Source: Amphiscolops sp. MND2022
Lineage: Eukaryota
Assembly (NCBI GenBank): GCA_964187785.1
Contig: OZ076409.1
Location: 84,074,001-84,138,000, forward strand
Direction: 5' to 3'
DNA: 64,000 nucleotides
Part shown: positions 46,061 through 58,879 of the stretch, piece after piece
How the letters are laid out: the number at the start of each line of letters is the position of its first letter
Numbering within the stretch: the stretch's first letter is position 1
Translations under genes and position numbers: made by a program
The notes under the pieces: model-generated
What the model saw: only the letters and a program-made list of their open reading frames with translations
Told to the model about the DNA's origin: nothing
Databases searched by the model: none

Positions 46061-49000
46061 TCAGTTTTTGGAACCCTTGCCAGCCTTTGCTGCATGTTTC
46101 TGACCACTGCCAGAAGCGCCATCATTAGCACAGCGAGCAACACTGACCGAAACCCGTCCGAGATTGAGGCCAGAGCTAGGGGAACCACTTGTGCTAGGAG
46201 AGCGACTAACAGTGGGGGTAGACATATCGAGAAACAGAGGTAGCCCTTCACTCGGCAACACACACTTCTTGTATGCACCTTCCATTTTCTCTATCAAACC
46301 AACTCTCCGCGGTACATTTCCCTTTAAGAAATCCCAAATCGAAAATTTCCTGTCTTTGATCAGAGCAGGCCCTCGTCCCAGCAGGCGAAAGACGCGACAG
46401 ATAGTTTTTGTGTCCCTATATAAACTGGAGACATTGGGCACCATGGAATATGATAATTGCAGACTCCGAATTGCAGAATTGTATGAATCCTTATCGGATG
46501 CCAAATCAGGTATGGGCAAGTCAAACTTTGTAGGGATGGACATCACCGGGGGCAAACACAAACAGGCGAATCTGAATACCTGCAGAAGCGAAGGGCGGCA
46601 CTGCATTTCATAATGGGACACAAGATACTGTATCCAGCCATCTCTGGGAATGTTCTCCACCAGACGCAACTTCACGGTAAAAGCACGGTACTCGCTCACA
46701 CATGTAACTTTGTTACTGGCAGTCAACCAGCCTTTAGAGACAAAATAGCTACTCAGGCATTCAATAGCTCCGACGTAGTTCTGTTCCGGACCGTCCAACA
46801 TGACAGCAGGGTCAAATGCCGACAAACCCCGCATGAGATCAGAAGTAACGATTTCGTGGGTGAGGAGGACAGTGCAAAAGGCCTTGCAAAAAGCAAGAGA
46901 CTGTTCCACGAACTTGCTAGGCCGTGGGAGCCGACTAGAAGCCACTAATTCGTGGTAAGTTGGATTCATGGCAAATTCTGCAGGAGTTTTGTATGGCAGA
47001 TTGGGATCATTTAAATCAATTTTCAAAAAACCATCCCAGTTTGAGACGTCTCCGAGAAAGCTATCAGGAAACAGATTCTGGAGCTGGCTGTATACAAAGA
47101 CTGAATATTGATTATACAGTCTATATCCACACTCAATGCTGCCAAGGCTGCCCGAAAATGCTGAGTTATCTGAAACAAGAGAAGAATCTAATCAAAACAA
47201 CGAAAGAACAATAGAACACTGAGAAAAATAGTGAAATAAGGCGCATTAAGGAACAGTGACGTCACCCTACTGAATCCTGAATCCAGCTCACGTATATACA
47301 CTCCAGTACAAACTTAATTTCTTGATTATGCGTCATTGCACAGAGTTCTTCTGACAGTACACACGCTACAATACGTACTTGAGCAGCCGACCATACGTCA
47401 ACATGCGTAAAATGTCTTGACGCATATGCGTCAACATACGGTCCTGATTGTTTGACTGCGCGTCACTATGCGGAAAGTAACTAAACGCATATACGTCTGT
47501 AGCATATCTCACTGCCAGGTTATACGTCACTATGCGGATATTAGTGAAATGAATATACGTCAATATACGGCGTGGAATGATTTGCCAAAATGAATGGTAA
47601 ATTCCAAAATTTCCAAGCATCTTAACAAGCTGGGATTGACGATCTATACACGTGCAATTTTCAGTTCATGGAGTCTCTAACTTTATGTGTATACGAAGGG
47701 CACCGCCAATAATATCAGCGTCATCACGCGGAAAAGAGACAGAGTCTATACTAACAAATGCGGATCTATAACATCGGACATGCGGTATTGTATGGAGATG
47801 GAATGCACAAATATACGTGACTATACGGACTTTAGAATTAACATAGTTTATGGCAATACTAACACAAACGCAGTAGCAAAGTGTAGAATATACCAAACAA
47901 ACTTAAAGTTAAGAAGGTAACTACATGATTTTGAGTCCAAAAAGACAAAAAACGAAACAGTAGGAATCAATGCAACAATGAAAGACAGTTGGCCGATTCA
48001 AAAGACACAGATGGTGAAGTACACTAACAGTGGTCAATGACGCATCGGATAGTAAACAGGCGAGCAAGGTAGGCGGTATCCAACCGAAAACATTCGTCTA
48101 ATGCACTGGGCTAAAACATTCAACAAAGCATTACAGTTTCGTGTTGGGATTCAACAAGACATTCGTAAAGATCAATATTGTACCTCTTTCATGTGGAAAC
48201 GATAGGCAGGAAGACGGGCAACTTGCGACAGATGTTCCCTGACCCGATCCCAGTTGCGAGAAAGGCATTCAATTAGCTCTGAGGCCTCTTCCAATGAATA
48301 TTGCAAGGAGAGGACACACTAAAACCAAAGATAGGATGAACAAAAATAACTAGAAACACCACTCACAAACAATAGAATAAAGAATATTAAATAACCTTGT
48401 GGAGTAATGGAAGTGACTGCAACCAATTTTTGTCGAGGGCAGTACGAAGTTTCATCAACAAAAAGTCCACGATAGTACGAAAATCATGTCGCTCGATAAT
48501 CTTTGCGGTAGGTAAAGCCAGGCATCGTTCAAATTCTTCAGGACCGAAATTGTTAACAATGCAAGGACGTTGTCTGCCAGGTAATTCAGAACTCAGACAA
48601 GAATTCAATTTCTCACCCATTCCATTAAGGCTAAGACAAGGTGGTGGAGATTCGAACAAACTGACGAAGGAAGCAATCAGTGACAGGACTTTACGAGGGA
48701 TCAATAACCCACGAGGACCAGTGCCAATGCACACTTGATGAACCACGTTCCCAGACCAAAAGTTGACGAATAAATATGTCTCTGTATCAGTGTAACACAA
48801 GGACAAGGAATAACTTCCGCTGGATGACGAATTGGTAACGCAGTAGTGGTTTAATTCACGGAACATGTGCACTATAATTCCCTGGAAACAACAAAACTCT
48901 CAGTATTCTTAGCTAAACTTCAATAGGACAATTAAAAACCGGAATGATGAAACTACGTGATAATAACAAAAAGATTAGAAAATGATGAGAGAAACTTACA

Positions 49001-50253
49001 AAAAGTCGATGAGGACTCCAATTGAAAGCACCAGCAGATCCACTTCCCCCAGCGAACTGAGTAACTTCATCGTAAATGTCTGTTAGGCAAGACAGATGTC
49101 CTCCATTCCGTAACCCAATCTCGATGATGCAAATTTGAGAGATCACAGTTTCAACGGGACTTTTTCCTACCCCAGAGCTTGGGAGTTCATCCTGACCAAC
49201 AAGCAAACGACATGGGTCAAGTTGCGGGGCAATGGGATAAGTCTCCTTAGCAAGTTTCTTGGCGTTTGTTAGTGCTTGCCCTTGCAATTCATTCTCGTAC
49301 TTATCAAACAGCGGCATTGCAGGGGTTTCCATCCGAACCCTGTGCTCTTTGACTAAGTGTGACTCGGTCCTGTAATGAGCAAGCAGTTCCAGTATTCCAC
49401 GACTCATTAAAGATAATTCGAGTTTGCAAACCCGACACCACCACTTGTACGGTGTTTTCTCCCTGTCTATTGGGCCAGTTGCCGATAGTTTAAGGACGGG
49501 ATGCTTCCGGAACATACTCCCCTTAAGGGAATACCGTGGGCGTTGACGTTTGCCCCTAACGATTGGCCGTTCGTCGGACTCACAGGATAACTGATGACCA
49601 AACGTTTCTGCCCCAACATATTCACTTGTTCCAGACTGGCTCAGGAATTGATGAGATGGTCCTGGGGGGTTGTCTATTACAGAAACTGACAATCCCATAT
49701 CAGCTGCCATGTCAGTCCCCTGAAGGAAAGATTGTGGAATTCTACCCAGCACGCTATTCAAGGCGATAATTTCATTGCGGGTTATGCTGATATTTGGTGT
49801 GATCATCCCAGTAATATGCCTATTTGCCTCCGCTTGGGCTAGCTCCTGGGGAGGCCAATCGCTGGTTTCTTCTTCAGAAGGAACTTGGTGCTCAGCCAAC
49901 TCGTCAGTCTCTGCTGTTCCACTCGCGGGTTGTGGAGATTTAATGAATTGAGTAAATCGTGGGGAGGAAGTCTGTAATTTAGGCGGAGACAGAATGCCAA
50001 CATTTTCTTCCATTTCGACTCCTGGTGGGCTCTCTACTTGCAAGGTAGTGATTCCAGAAAGAAGTGGAGTAACTAATGCTTCAGGGGAGAGAAGTCCGTC
50101 AGCGGGAAGTGTCTCAGTTGGTGGATTTGTTGCTTCAACAATTTCAAGTGGGGGATCTACGGTTGAACTCTCGATGGTTATCACGCTGATGTGATCTTGA
50201 ACGAGTTCTGGTGCAGTTTCAGAAGGATGAACGGGCGGGGCTTCCAAAGGCAC
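46061..50253 (-). CDS. antisense spliced gene (at least 5 exons, ~1020 aa) with a BED/C2H2-type finger and hAT-like C-terminus
   Basis: Exons 50253(or upstream)-49000, 48881-48396, 48318-48184, 48110-48029 and 47169-46061 are joined by phase-compatible GT-AG introns. Finger motif WWCRVCK..LLAHYRTESH. The true start codon is not resolved. Confidence 0.7.
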
Positions 50254-52104
50254 ATAAACTCTAGTGGGCGACCGAGCTGATGACTTCTCCGTTGAGCCGA
50301 GTTCAACTGAAACAGACGTTTCTATGACTGTTCATTCAGTAAAAGCAAATTCAACTTAACGATTTCTGCCCGGCAAAATTTTCAAACCGGACGCGGCTTC
50401 GAGAATATTAATTTGGGCGGAAGTTGTCTAAAATGCGACCGGAAGTTACTTCTTCTGAAAATTCAAATCTGTTTCTACCTTTGAAATAAGGAAACAGTAA
50501 AATCGCTAGCCTGGCCAGCTTAGCAACCGAAACACTGAATATAAATCAGACAAACAAAACAAACATCAACAAATTAGAATTCGGACTTACCAAGGAAAGT
50601 TGAAGTCGGTGATTTGTACCCCAAGTAGCAGTTTGCCTTCTGGAGATTTGGTCCTTCCGGGACTTCCGATTTCGCCCTGGCTCCATTGGAACGGTAAAAT
50701 AAGGTAGAACACACCAAATTCGGAAGAGCAGAAGAGAGATTCTGGATTATCCAAGCAGGAAAGTGATGTACTAAGAGATGCGACGACAAGTTGAAGTTAA
50801 CCAGTAATAGAACTCAAGAATGTAAAGTGCAATGGAGAAAAATGAACGAGGAAGACTTACTGAAAACTTTCGTACTTTTAACAAATAGAATTGCGAAGCA
50901 AGATAAAGGCGTGGCGTATACGATAAAAGGCAAAAGAGCAAATGACTAATGTAAATTAACATGGTGAGAACGGACCTTAATGCTGATTGGCTAATTAAAT
51001 CAATCAATCACTACTGCCAGAGTGATCGGTTGGCGTAATTGACATGTGAAAGAGTCATAAACATTCACAAAAAGAAGTATGCGCATATGGTGGAGATGTT
51101 CAAGTTGATTGGACTAATATCATACGTCAATATGCGGATTCGTCATGGACGAATATACGGTATTATACGGTGAAGATAGAATTGGATATGCGGCATCATG
51201 CGGGGAGAAAACAACAGCATATACTGCAATACGCGGAACTGAAGAGAACCGAATATGCGGTATCCTACTGATATAATAATCACGTATAAGCGTCAGCATG
51301 CGGCGTGGAATGCAATTTGTGACGATACAGTATGACAACAATCTAAGCAAATGCACCACGTAAGGACCAATTGGAAGTGAATATAAAAGAGTGTAAGACA
51401 ACACACAGGAGTACTACGATGGCCAAGATGCTAACTACTACATATACCAATACCTTCATACATGCAGTCCTGAGTATCATTCCGATAAAATAAAAGGCTG
51501 GTGGGTCAATTTCAACAATACATATGGATTTGATGAATAAGAGGCATAGCACTTTTCAAGTGCTGGACCTTATGACGAAAGGCAGGGCAATAAAAGATAA
51601 TCTAATGGTATATATCACGCAGATCCTTAGTTGGCGAAAACCTATTTTTGTAAAACTATGAAACTTTTAATGGAAGTTTGTATCTGGATAGGTTTTATAC
51701 ATGAAAGATGCCTTTTCTTTCATACGTAGTGAACATTTTAGTCATCATTTTGTTTACATCATATCTAAATGCTGTTGAAGATATGGTAGTAGAGGTCAAA
51801 GGAATAGCCACTCAAGGTGAGGAAACCCTCACAACCAACCCTAAATTGTTTACAAGTAATTGATGAGAGCCTTAGTGGAGCTTACCTTAAAAGGGCTATC
51901 TACGGCTTTTATGGACTCCTTATATGGATTCTACGAAACTGATAACCATGACAAGCAACTTTTTGGAGGGAAAACTTATTCTTGAAAGGGAACTAGAAGA
52001 AATTTCACCATATGGTCTTAGTGAATCTAGAACTCAGTCATCTCACCAGAGTTTTATTCAGTGTCACAAATTCTCCCAAACAAGTGAATTTATATCGGAT
52101 AATA

Positions 52105-53133
52105 ATGAATAATCTTCAATTCAATATCGATGAAGACGCACTCTACTCTCCAATTTCACCTGAGGTGGTAGATATCTCTAGCGGATCTGAAGACGGTTTC
52201 CTAGTGGAACCTGGCAATACGTTTAAAATAGACGAGAAGTTTAGGATTAACCCTACAGGAACAAACTTGATGTCAGCATTTATGGGTACTACATCAGCAT
52301 CCCTGTTCCCTGAAACTAGTGACACCGCAACAATAGTAGAGGAAATGGACACTGCAGGGACTCGTTTGGAAAAGGAACTGATGGAACTGGTGGGGGATAC
52401 CCAAGGAACTCAGCTGTTCTCCCCTAGTTCATTCATGGACAGTGAATTTGAGGAAACTGATTCATCTCCTCCTGATCTACTGGAAGGAACTACTGTAAGC
52501 ACAAACAGTTATGGGCGGCCTATAGCTGCTATACTGCCGACACCTAGGGCCCCACAAATACATGCAAGGGAAATCTCTCAGCCAATTCCGATATACCCAC
52601 CCAATTTTCGTCCAGGAAATACGAAATTCCAAATTGTCCAAAACAATGAAATGGCGTTTGATAACACGATGGACCAGCCTATGCCCTCACTCAACACAAT
52701 CCATACTGTAATGCCTTTGAACAACATGACCCCTGTGGTCATCCAGCTTCCAATGAGGGGTGCGCCAGACAGACATCCCCAGATAGTCACCTCATCACAA
52801 CCGTTAGCTCAGATTGGGTTCCCTTTTAACGTAGCTCACAGTACAAACCATCTGCTTCTCCCAACAGAAGAGAAACAAAGACACAGGTTATTCCCCACAG
52901 TTATGCCTAATGTTGCGGGCTATTGTGATTGGTGCGGGAAAAGCTTCGACCAAGTGGCGTTGGAGACCTTAGGAGAATATCTCGCAGCAACAGCTTACGA
53001 GGGGGAGACTGTGAGAGACAGAGGCGTGCGTTCCCGAGCATTAATTGACGGTTTCGAGGCCGCGCTGTTCTGTTTTAAAAGTGCTGGACTGTCGCAACCC
53101 TACTATTGCGCTGGACCCGTGGTGCAACAATAA
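52105..53133 (+). CDS. ORF3 in the env position (~342 aa, acidic/Pro-rich, CDWC motif), ending inside the 3' LTR
   Basis: Open frame with no signal peptide or TM helix. It crosses the LTR start at 53090 and stops at TAA 53131-53133. Upstream in-frame ATG at 52012. Confidence 0.65.
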   Translation: MNNLQFNIDEDALYSPISPEVVDISSGSEDGFLVEPGNTFKIDEKFRINPTGTNLMSAFMGTTSASLFPETSDTATIVEEMDTAGTRLEKELMELVGDTQGTQLFSPSSFMDSEFEETDSSPPDLLEGTTVSTNSYGRPIAAILPTPRAPQIHAREISQPIPIYPPNFRPGNTKFQIVQNNEMAFDNTMDQPMPSLNTIHTVMPLNNMTPVVIQLPMRGAPDRHPQIVTSSQPLAQIGFPFNVAHSTNHLLLPTEEKQRHRLFPTVMPNVAGYCDWCGKSFDQVALETLGEYLAATAYEGETVRDRGVRSRALIDGFEAALFCFKSAGLSQPYYCAGPVVQQ

Positions 53134-54710
53134 AAAAACAGAACAGTACGAGGAAAGGGTATGATCACACATTTCAAACTTCCTAAACTATATGAATAAA
53201 CAATTTGATGTCATGTATTTTGTATAAATTATTTGAATATTTGTAAAGGCAATTAGCCGATTGGATGATGTCTTACCCCATTCATAATTTACATGAAACC
53301 ATGGAAGTTACTATTTGCAGTAGTTCCAAGATGCTAATTTGTGTCATGCGTCACACCTCGTGTAGTATTACAATGAGACTACGTGCATGTGCATTTATCA
53401 ATGTAAACATCATGCTATATTGTACGTTTATGAATACTATGAGTATGCGTCAATATACGCTTTCACGGCCACCAACCATACGTGATCATACGCATTTGTG
53501 TTTTCAGTATATGCGTCATCATGCGTGATGGAATGATTTATTTAGAATGTGCTGTGTGTTCTCCAATTATGCAATAACATGCGGTAGTGAAGCAATGTAC
53601 ATACGTTAACATACGTTTTTGATTATACGTCATTATACGTACTTCTGACAACCGTATGTGCGTTAGGATACACTTTTGCTTTCAAATACGCGTATGCTAC
53701 TATGTACATCATTTAGCATTTTCCTTAACACCAATTGTGCGTCAATATGCGTATAAGAGTATGATGCTTATGCGTAAAGGTGCGGTTTCATTGGAAACCC
53801 TAGATTTAGTTTTTTGGACGTCATGTAACTTCGAATTTGTACTTTATAAATAGTCTTTACGTCATCTGACGCAATTCTATTTATATTTTGAATAGCGATG
53901 ATGTGCTAGAAAAAGAGTGTCATGTAAAATATTTTTCTTGGATTGATAAGGAGTGAAAAAGAGAGAACACAACAAAAGTATCTCTCTACGAAGACAGTTG
54001 CTTATTTCTTTTCCTAACTTCGTGACGGTTTCTTTGATCTATTTCCCGTTTGTCTCTTTGATTTGATTTAAAGTAAAGACTTTGAATAAATTCAAATTCT
54101 TCCCCAACAATCAAATTACCATTTTCGATTGAGCAGAATGGGAAACAAAAGAAACAGGAAGTCTAGAAGATTGAGGACTCTATCTCCTGATGGAAACTTG
54201 AGTGAAACACAACTAGAAACTTCTACCCAGGGTAATGATACATTAACCAATATTGGGTCCAACACACAAGGAACATCAAACGGCGATGAAATTAGGACTC
54301 AACTGATAGAACCTAGTCAGATAAGTAATGAGATCCAAGCATGGACGAATAATTTTGAACAAAAGAATAATGATAGAATTATGAAAATGAGAGAAGAAAT
54401 GGAGAACAAACTAGATGCTATCTTAAAAGAAATAAAGTCTTATAAAAGTGCATCTCTGGCGACAAACTCAAGATCTGAAACGAATGATGTCCAAACATGC
54501 AACCATCAGGGTCCAGGTTAGGTCAGTCTAATGGAGTACACGCATCTTTTGATGAAAATTTAGAACTAGATGATGAAGGTTATCCTCCCCAAACTTCCAA
54601 AATGAGAGACCTCAGGCATCCAGCTAAATCACCAATGTTTCGAAGCGAATCCGATGTAGACATAACTATACACTCAGACGAAGAGTCTGACCTGGAGGAG
54701 GATTATCACA
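53090..54710 (+). repeat. 3' LTR
   Basis: Near-identical to 38271-39891 and followed by the TSD TTGCT. Confidence 0.95.
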
Positions 54711-55480
54711 TTGCTTTATAAACATATCAGTATTTTGCGTCATATGGACTCTTGGTTGTCCTGTTGAGATGCTGACAATCATTGAATAATGCGTAAAATA
54801 TTTACATAATCTATCTTAGTAATCAATTTGCTCTGAGTTTTCGCCCACAATTCCGTGTTTGTTTGGATCACATTTGCGCTCAAAAAATTCCTTTCGAAGC
54901 TGCTCAAGTACAACTATTTTGTCACACAATTCCGCTTGAAAATGATTCGAATACTTTCAATTTCAATGCTATTGTGTTTAAATCGATTGTACTACTTTTC
55001 CCTGCTAGCTATCTCAAGTTTGATTTTTTGATGTGGCTTTTTGAAAGTGTGAATTGGAAAGTGGACACTGACTTCAAGTATGAGCTTTTTTAAGACCACC
55101 TCGAACTGGCAAACTCTATATATCTACAAGATGCGAAGGAGCATGGCGATACTTTTCGTATACTTTTATGAGAGGCTTTGGAAAAAACCCAAACCTCAAA
55201 AAACTCCTTTGTTTGGAACCGAAAAGTGCAATAGTCTCAACTAAACTGCTTCTGATCTGCCGATCTGCCCACGCATGTTTGTGTATTAGGCCATAAACAG
55301 CTATTTGAAAACTAATAGTCTTCTGGTCTTTCGTTCATACTTAAACATCACCTAATTCGGAGAAGGTAACAATTGTCGTTATTTTTTCCCGTATTTTTGT
55401 CAAAATATAGGTTTTGTCACGAAGCAATTTTAAAATGGTGTACTTCTGACAAGATAAAAGTCAGAAAAAACCTCAACGTT

Positions 55481-56770
55481 TGTGGTAATCCTCCTCCTCA
55501 GAGCCCTCATGTGAAACTACCACTTCGTCTAAGTTCCATTCATTTGGGTAAAATGGTGTAGCTGGATTCCTTAATTCTCTCATCTCATATCAGAGGCTAT
55601 AAGGGGATGATCGTCTTCTTCCGAATCTGAGTTTCCGTTATTAGATGCGTGAGCCCCTATACCCCTACAGAATTATTACATTTTGATACCGACGGCTGTG
55701 TATTTCGAGTATCATTGGTGTCTGATCTAGGATTAGTTACGTTAGATACACTTTTGTTATTTCCTACAATATCGACCCGAATTTGTTTTTAATTTCTTGT
55801 CGCATCTTTGAAAGTCTGTCATTACTCTTTTCTTCCAGAATTTGGGTCCAAACTTGTATTTCAATGCTGATTGAACTGGGTTCATTCAATATTCAATTGC
55901 AAGTCTGAGTTACATTCACCTATGTTCTCCTGGTTTTCAGAATTAACTTTGGTCAAAGTTATATTACCTGCATTTGGAGTTTCTACTCGAGTTTCGTCTA
56001 CTTCCGTCTCAGGGGATGGTGTTTCTAGATTTCTTGATCTCCTATTCCTTCTGTTTCCCATTTTTGCTCAAAATGATTTGAAAAGAATGATTTGCAGATT
56101 TAGGAATTTGAATTTTTATCCAAACATTCTTGAAAACCAATTCTGGAGAGAAAAGAACAGTTTTTGAAGAAAACAGTGTTTACAAATCTTTAAACTGGTG
56201 ATTTAAGGCGACTGTTTTTAATGTGATTAAGGTTTTGAAAGATCGTGTCTTTGAATGCGCTTCTGATAATGTGAAATATCAAAAGATGACATGGAGTCTA
56301 AAAGACACTAGAGAATCAGTATAAATGGTGTGCAAAATCTCCAAACATTACCTAGTAACGTAGAAAAACAGGACTGCAAAAAATTGCAAACATAGCTGAA
56401 AACATATAGTAAAGAATACTCGTTGCTTTCCGAAACGTATGGTAACGTATACCGCCATAGTTAGAAAAACGTATAGTGATGTATTTGCATCACTGCTCAT
56501 ACCACATGGTGACGCATATTGTTAATAAGAAGAAACGTATAGTGCCATAAATACGTCACATCTTGCAACGTATAATACCGCATACTTTTGGCACCAAATT
56601 GCTCATTATGAAGCATGTACATGATGGTAATGATGGGGTGCAGTTAAGCAGTCATTTACCACATTAAGGCATATAAAAAATGCATGGCTAAAACTTACAG
56701 AGGACTTCTAACTCTTCATCATCAAACATGACTCACATCTTGGGTGATATGATATGTCAATAGAAAATTC
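55481..56770 (-). mobile_element. decayed LTR of a related gag-in-LTR Gypsy family
   Basis: The minus strand encodes MGNRRNRRSRNLETPSPETEVDETRVETPNAGNITLT (from 56061), homologous to the LTR-encoded Gag start. It ends GAGGAGGATTACCACA at 55481, like the young LTR terminus. The far boundary is approximate. Confidence 0.75.
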
Positions 56771-57227
56771 ATGTATAATGTCTGAAGATCGCGATAAAAA
56801 TGGTAAATTTTTAACATCGTATATGGACAAAAGTTGTTACGGGTGAATAGTTTTCCTTGACTCAAAACATCAAAGTAGACAAATTTGTGTTTTTTAGCAT
56901 ATAATTTTTGTTCGGGAAAAAAGACTCTGTCCAAGGCTTTAACCCTTTAGGCTCAAAGACGCGTTTTTATTGCTGGAAATATCAAAAGATCTAAAGCAGC
57001 GAATCTCTAGTCGCACAGCGTTTCTGTAAAATGTCGCTCAGAGCCGAAAGAAGACGTAGATCTTGTTCAGACACTTAGCAACAGTTATTGTTCTCCGAGG
57101 AATCCTCTAGGGTCTCAAAACGTTTTTCGCCGGCTAAAAAATCAAAAAGGGTCTTCGGTTCAGATATTATCGAAAATAAGTCGCATAGTGATGAAAAATC
57201 TAAAAGGTGATTTGCAAGCCTAAAAAC

Positions 57228-57290
57228 GTTTTGGTCCAATGTGGTACTCGAACCCACGTGCTGTTGCTTTTCAGACATTCTTAGTCCCCC
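57228..57290 (-). repeat. tRNA-derived SINE-like fragment
   Basis: TTTGGTC...ACTCGAACCCACGT (reverse B-box), shared with 59088-59135. Confidence 0.4.
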
Positions 57291-58062
57291 ATCTTCACTT
57301 GCTGCTTGACCTAGTGGTTTCCGTGGGTCTCTTACATGGGGTAGAGACTCGAAGAGCTGATAAGCTCATTCTCTGTCCCAACAAGGTGGTTGTTCACGTT
57401 TCATTTTTGTTTCATGAAATGTAACGTTTAACCATTCTGTTGAATTAAACTTTCTAAACTTTCTAAACTTTCTAAACTTTCTTTCTTTGCATGATGACTA
57501 ACCTGTGAAGCAGGAACTCCTCGGTACGAATCCCGCGCTGGTGTTCTTTTTCTTTCGTTTGCAAAGCTAGACTAGGACAAAAGGTCTTATTTTTTGCACT
57601 GCACAAAATTTCTGGAAAAGAAACTTCATTTCATTGAAGATTGCCCCTTTGATTTTCCTGATGAAGAAAGTTACAAAATAAATCCGTTGTCTATGTTCCT
57701 AAGTCAATGAGATGTAGCTCAAAGCCAGCTGAAAAAAAAAGATGGTTTGGACAGCGTAACGCCCCGGACTCAAAACGCTTTGACGGGAAACTCGCCCTCA
57801 AGCTACAGGTTTTGGTGACGCAACATACGATATAACCATCACTTAATTCACATTCACATTTCACCTATTCACTAATTTATAAAATCTAGACTTCATTGTA
57901 CGTGTCTATAATATTTATTGTAATTTTGCCTATGTTCATTTACCATAAAATTGTAAGACAGAATTGCTTTGTGCCGATACTGAACAGTTGATAAAATCTT
58001 CACCCGTCAGCTGTTCTTCCAGTGTCTCTGTTCCCCTTAGAGTACTTGGTCAAATCCGCTCA

Positions 58063-58450
58063 TGTTACGACTTGTACATGGGTCGTTGTTCAAAGTAGTG
58101 TTTATTTTCACCGACCTAGTAGGGGTGTAGAAGCTTCTAGAATCCTCTTCATCACATTCATCTCTTACGTTTTCTCCTGTTTTAAACTTGAGCAATTTCA
58201 GGAACTCTTTCGGGGATTCCAACAAAACCGTTTATTCTCTGACGTGGTCTCTTCCTTCAAAGACGCTCTCAAACCTTTTAGGGGGTCAATTTCAATCCTA
58301 GGGGACTTAGCGTGGGGAGGATCAGAAATCAGTACATCCTGACTTACGTTCTCTGTGCTTTCATGCTGAATGTTTCTTCTTTTCTGGCTTCTCGTGGACA
58401 TTTTGTTGAAAAAATTTTGGTTGTAACAAATTCAATTGAAGTTTTCAAGG
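58063..58450 (-). mobile_element. probable decayed LTR fragment of another family with a Gag-like N-terminus
   Basis: Frameshifted basic-start frame MSTRSQKRR...LRASLKEE...FYTPTRSV...DPCTSRN ending at ...GTAACA. The layout is analogous to the young LTR; inference only. Confidence 0.35.
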
Positions 58451-58879
58451 TTTTAACGTTTTATAGTTTAGATTTAGGCTAGCAAAGGATCGCAAAGTTG
58501 AATGAATTTATTTACGAACTTGAGGTATATATATCCTCAAAGAATCATTTGATCACGATGATACGCTCAAATTTTCCTTGAAGTCATTTCCGGTGATATC
58601 AGGGAAAATTATGTTTAAATCCTTAAGTTCATGTAGTTATTTTGTCAAAATTTGGGCAAAAGATCTTTGTTTCGGTATTAGTCGTCAATCGTGATCATAT
58701 CATTTCACTCCGGTGTCCTCTTTCTTCCTCCAAGCAGGATGTAGATTTTACTTCAATCTGTCAAACCGGAAACTCTTCCCTGTTTTTCTGCTTTACTTCG
58801 CGGGAAAATTGACGCCGAGATGACGCAGACGTGAACAACTAATACCTAATTTTGAACTTCAACTTAATGATGGAAATAA

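Larger units (their letters stand above)
38271..54710 (+). mobile_element. full-length young Ty3/Gypsy LTR retrotransposon (16,440 bp) with extra ORFs
   Basis: Equal-length 1621-bp LTRs (TGT...ACA). 5-bp TSD TTGCT at 38266-38270 and 54711-54715. Gene order gag-PR-RT-RH-IN. Confidence 0.97.

Noticed and set aside
52105..53133. env gene
   Set aside because: No signal peptide, furin site, fusion peptide or transmembrane anchor.
38271..54710. Segmental duplication or DIRS/Ngaro element as the explanation for the 1.6-kb direct repeats
   Set aside because: TG..CA ends, a 5-bp TSD, a PBS and a DDE integrase with no tyrosine recombinase identify them as ordinary LTRs.
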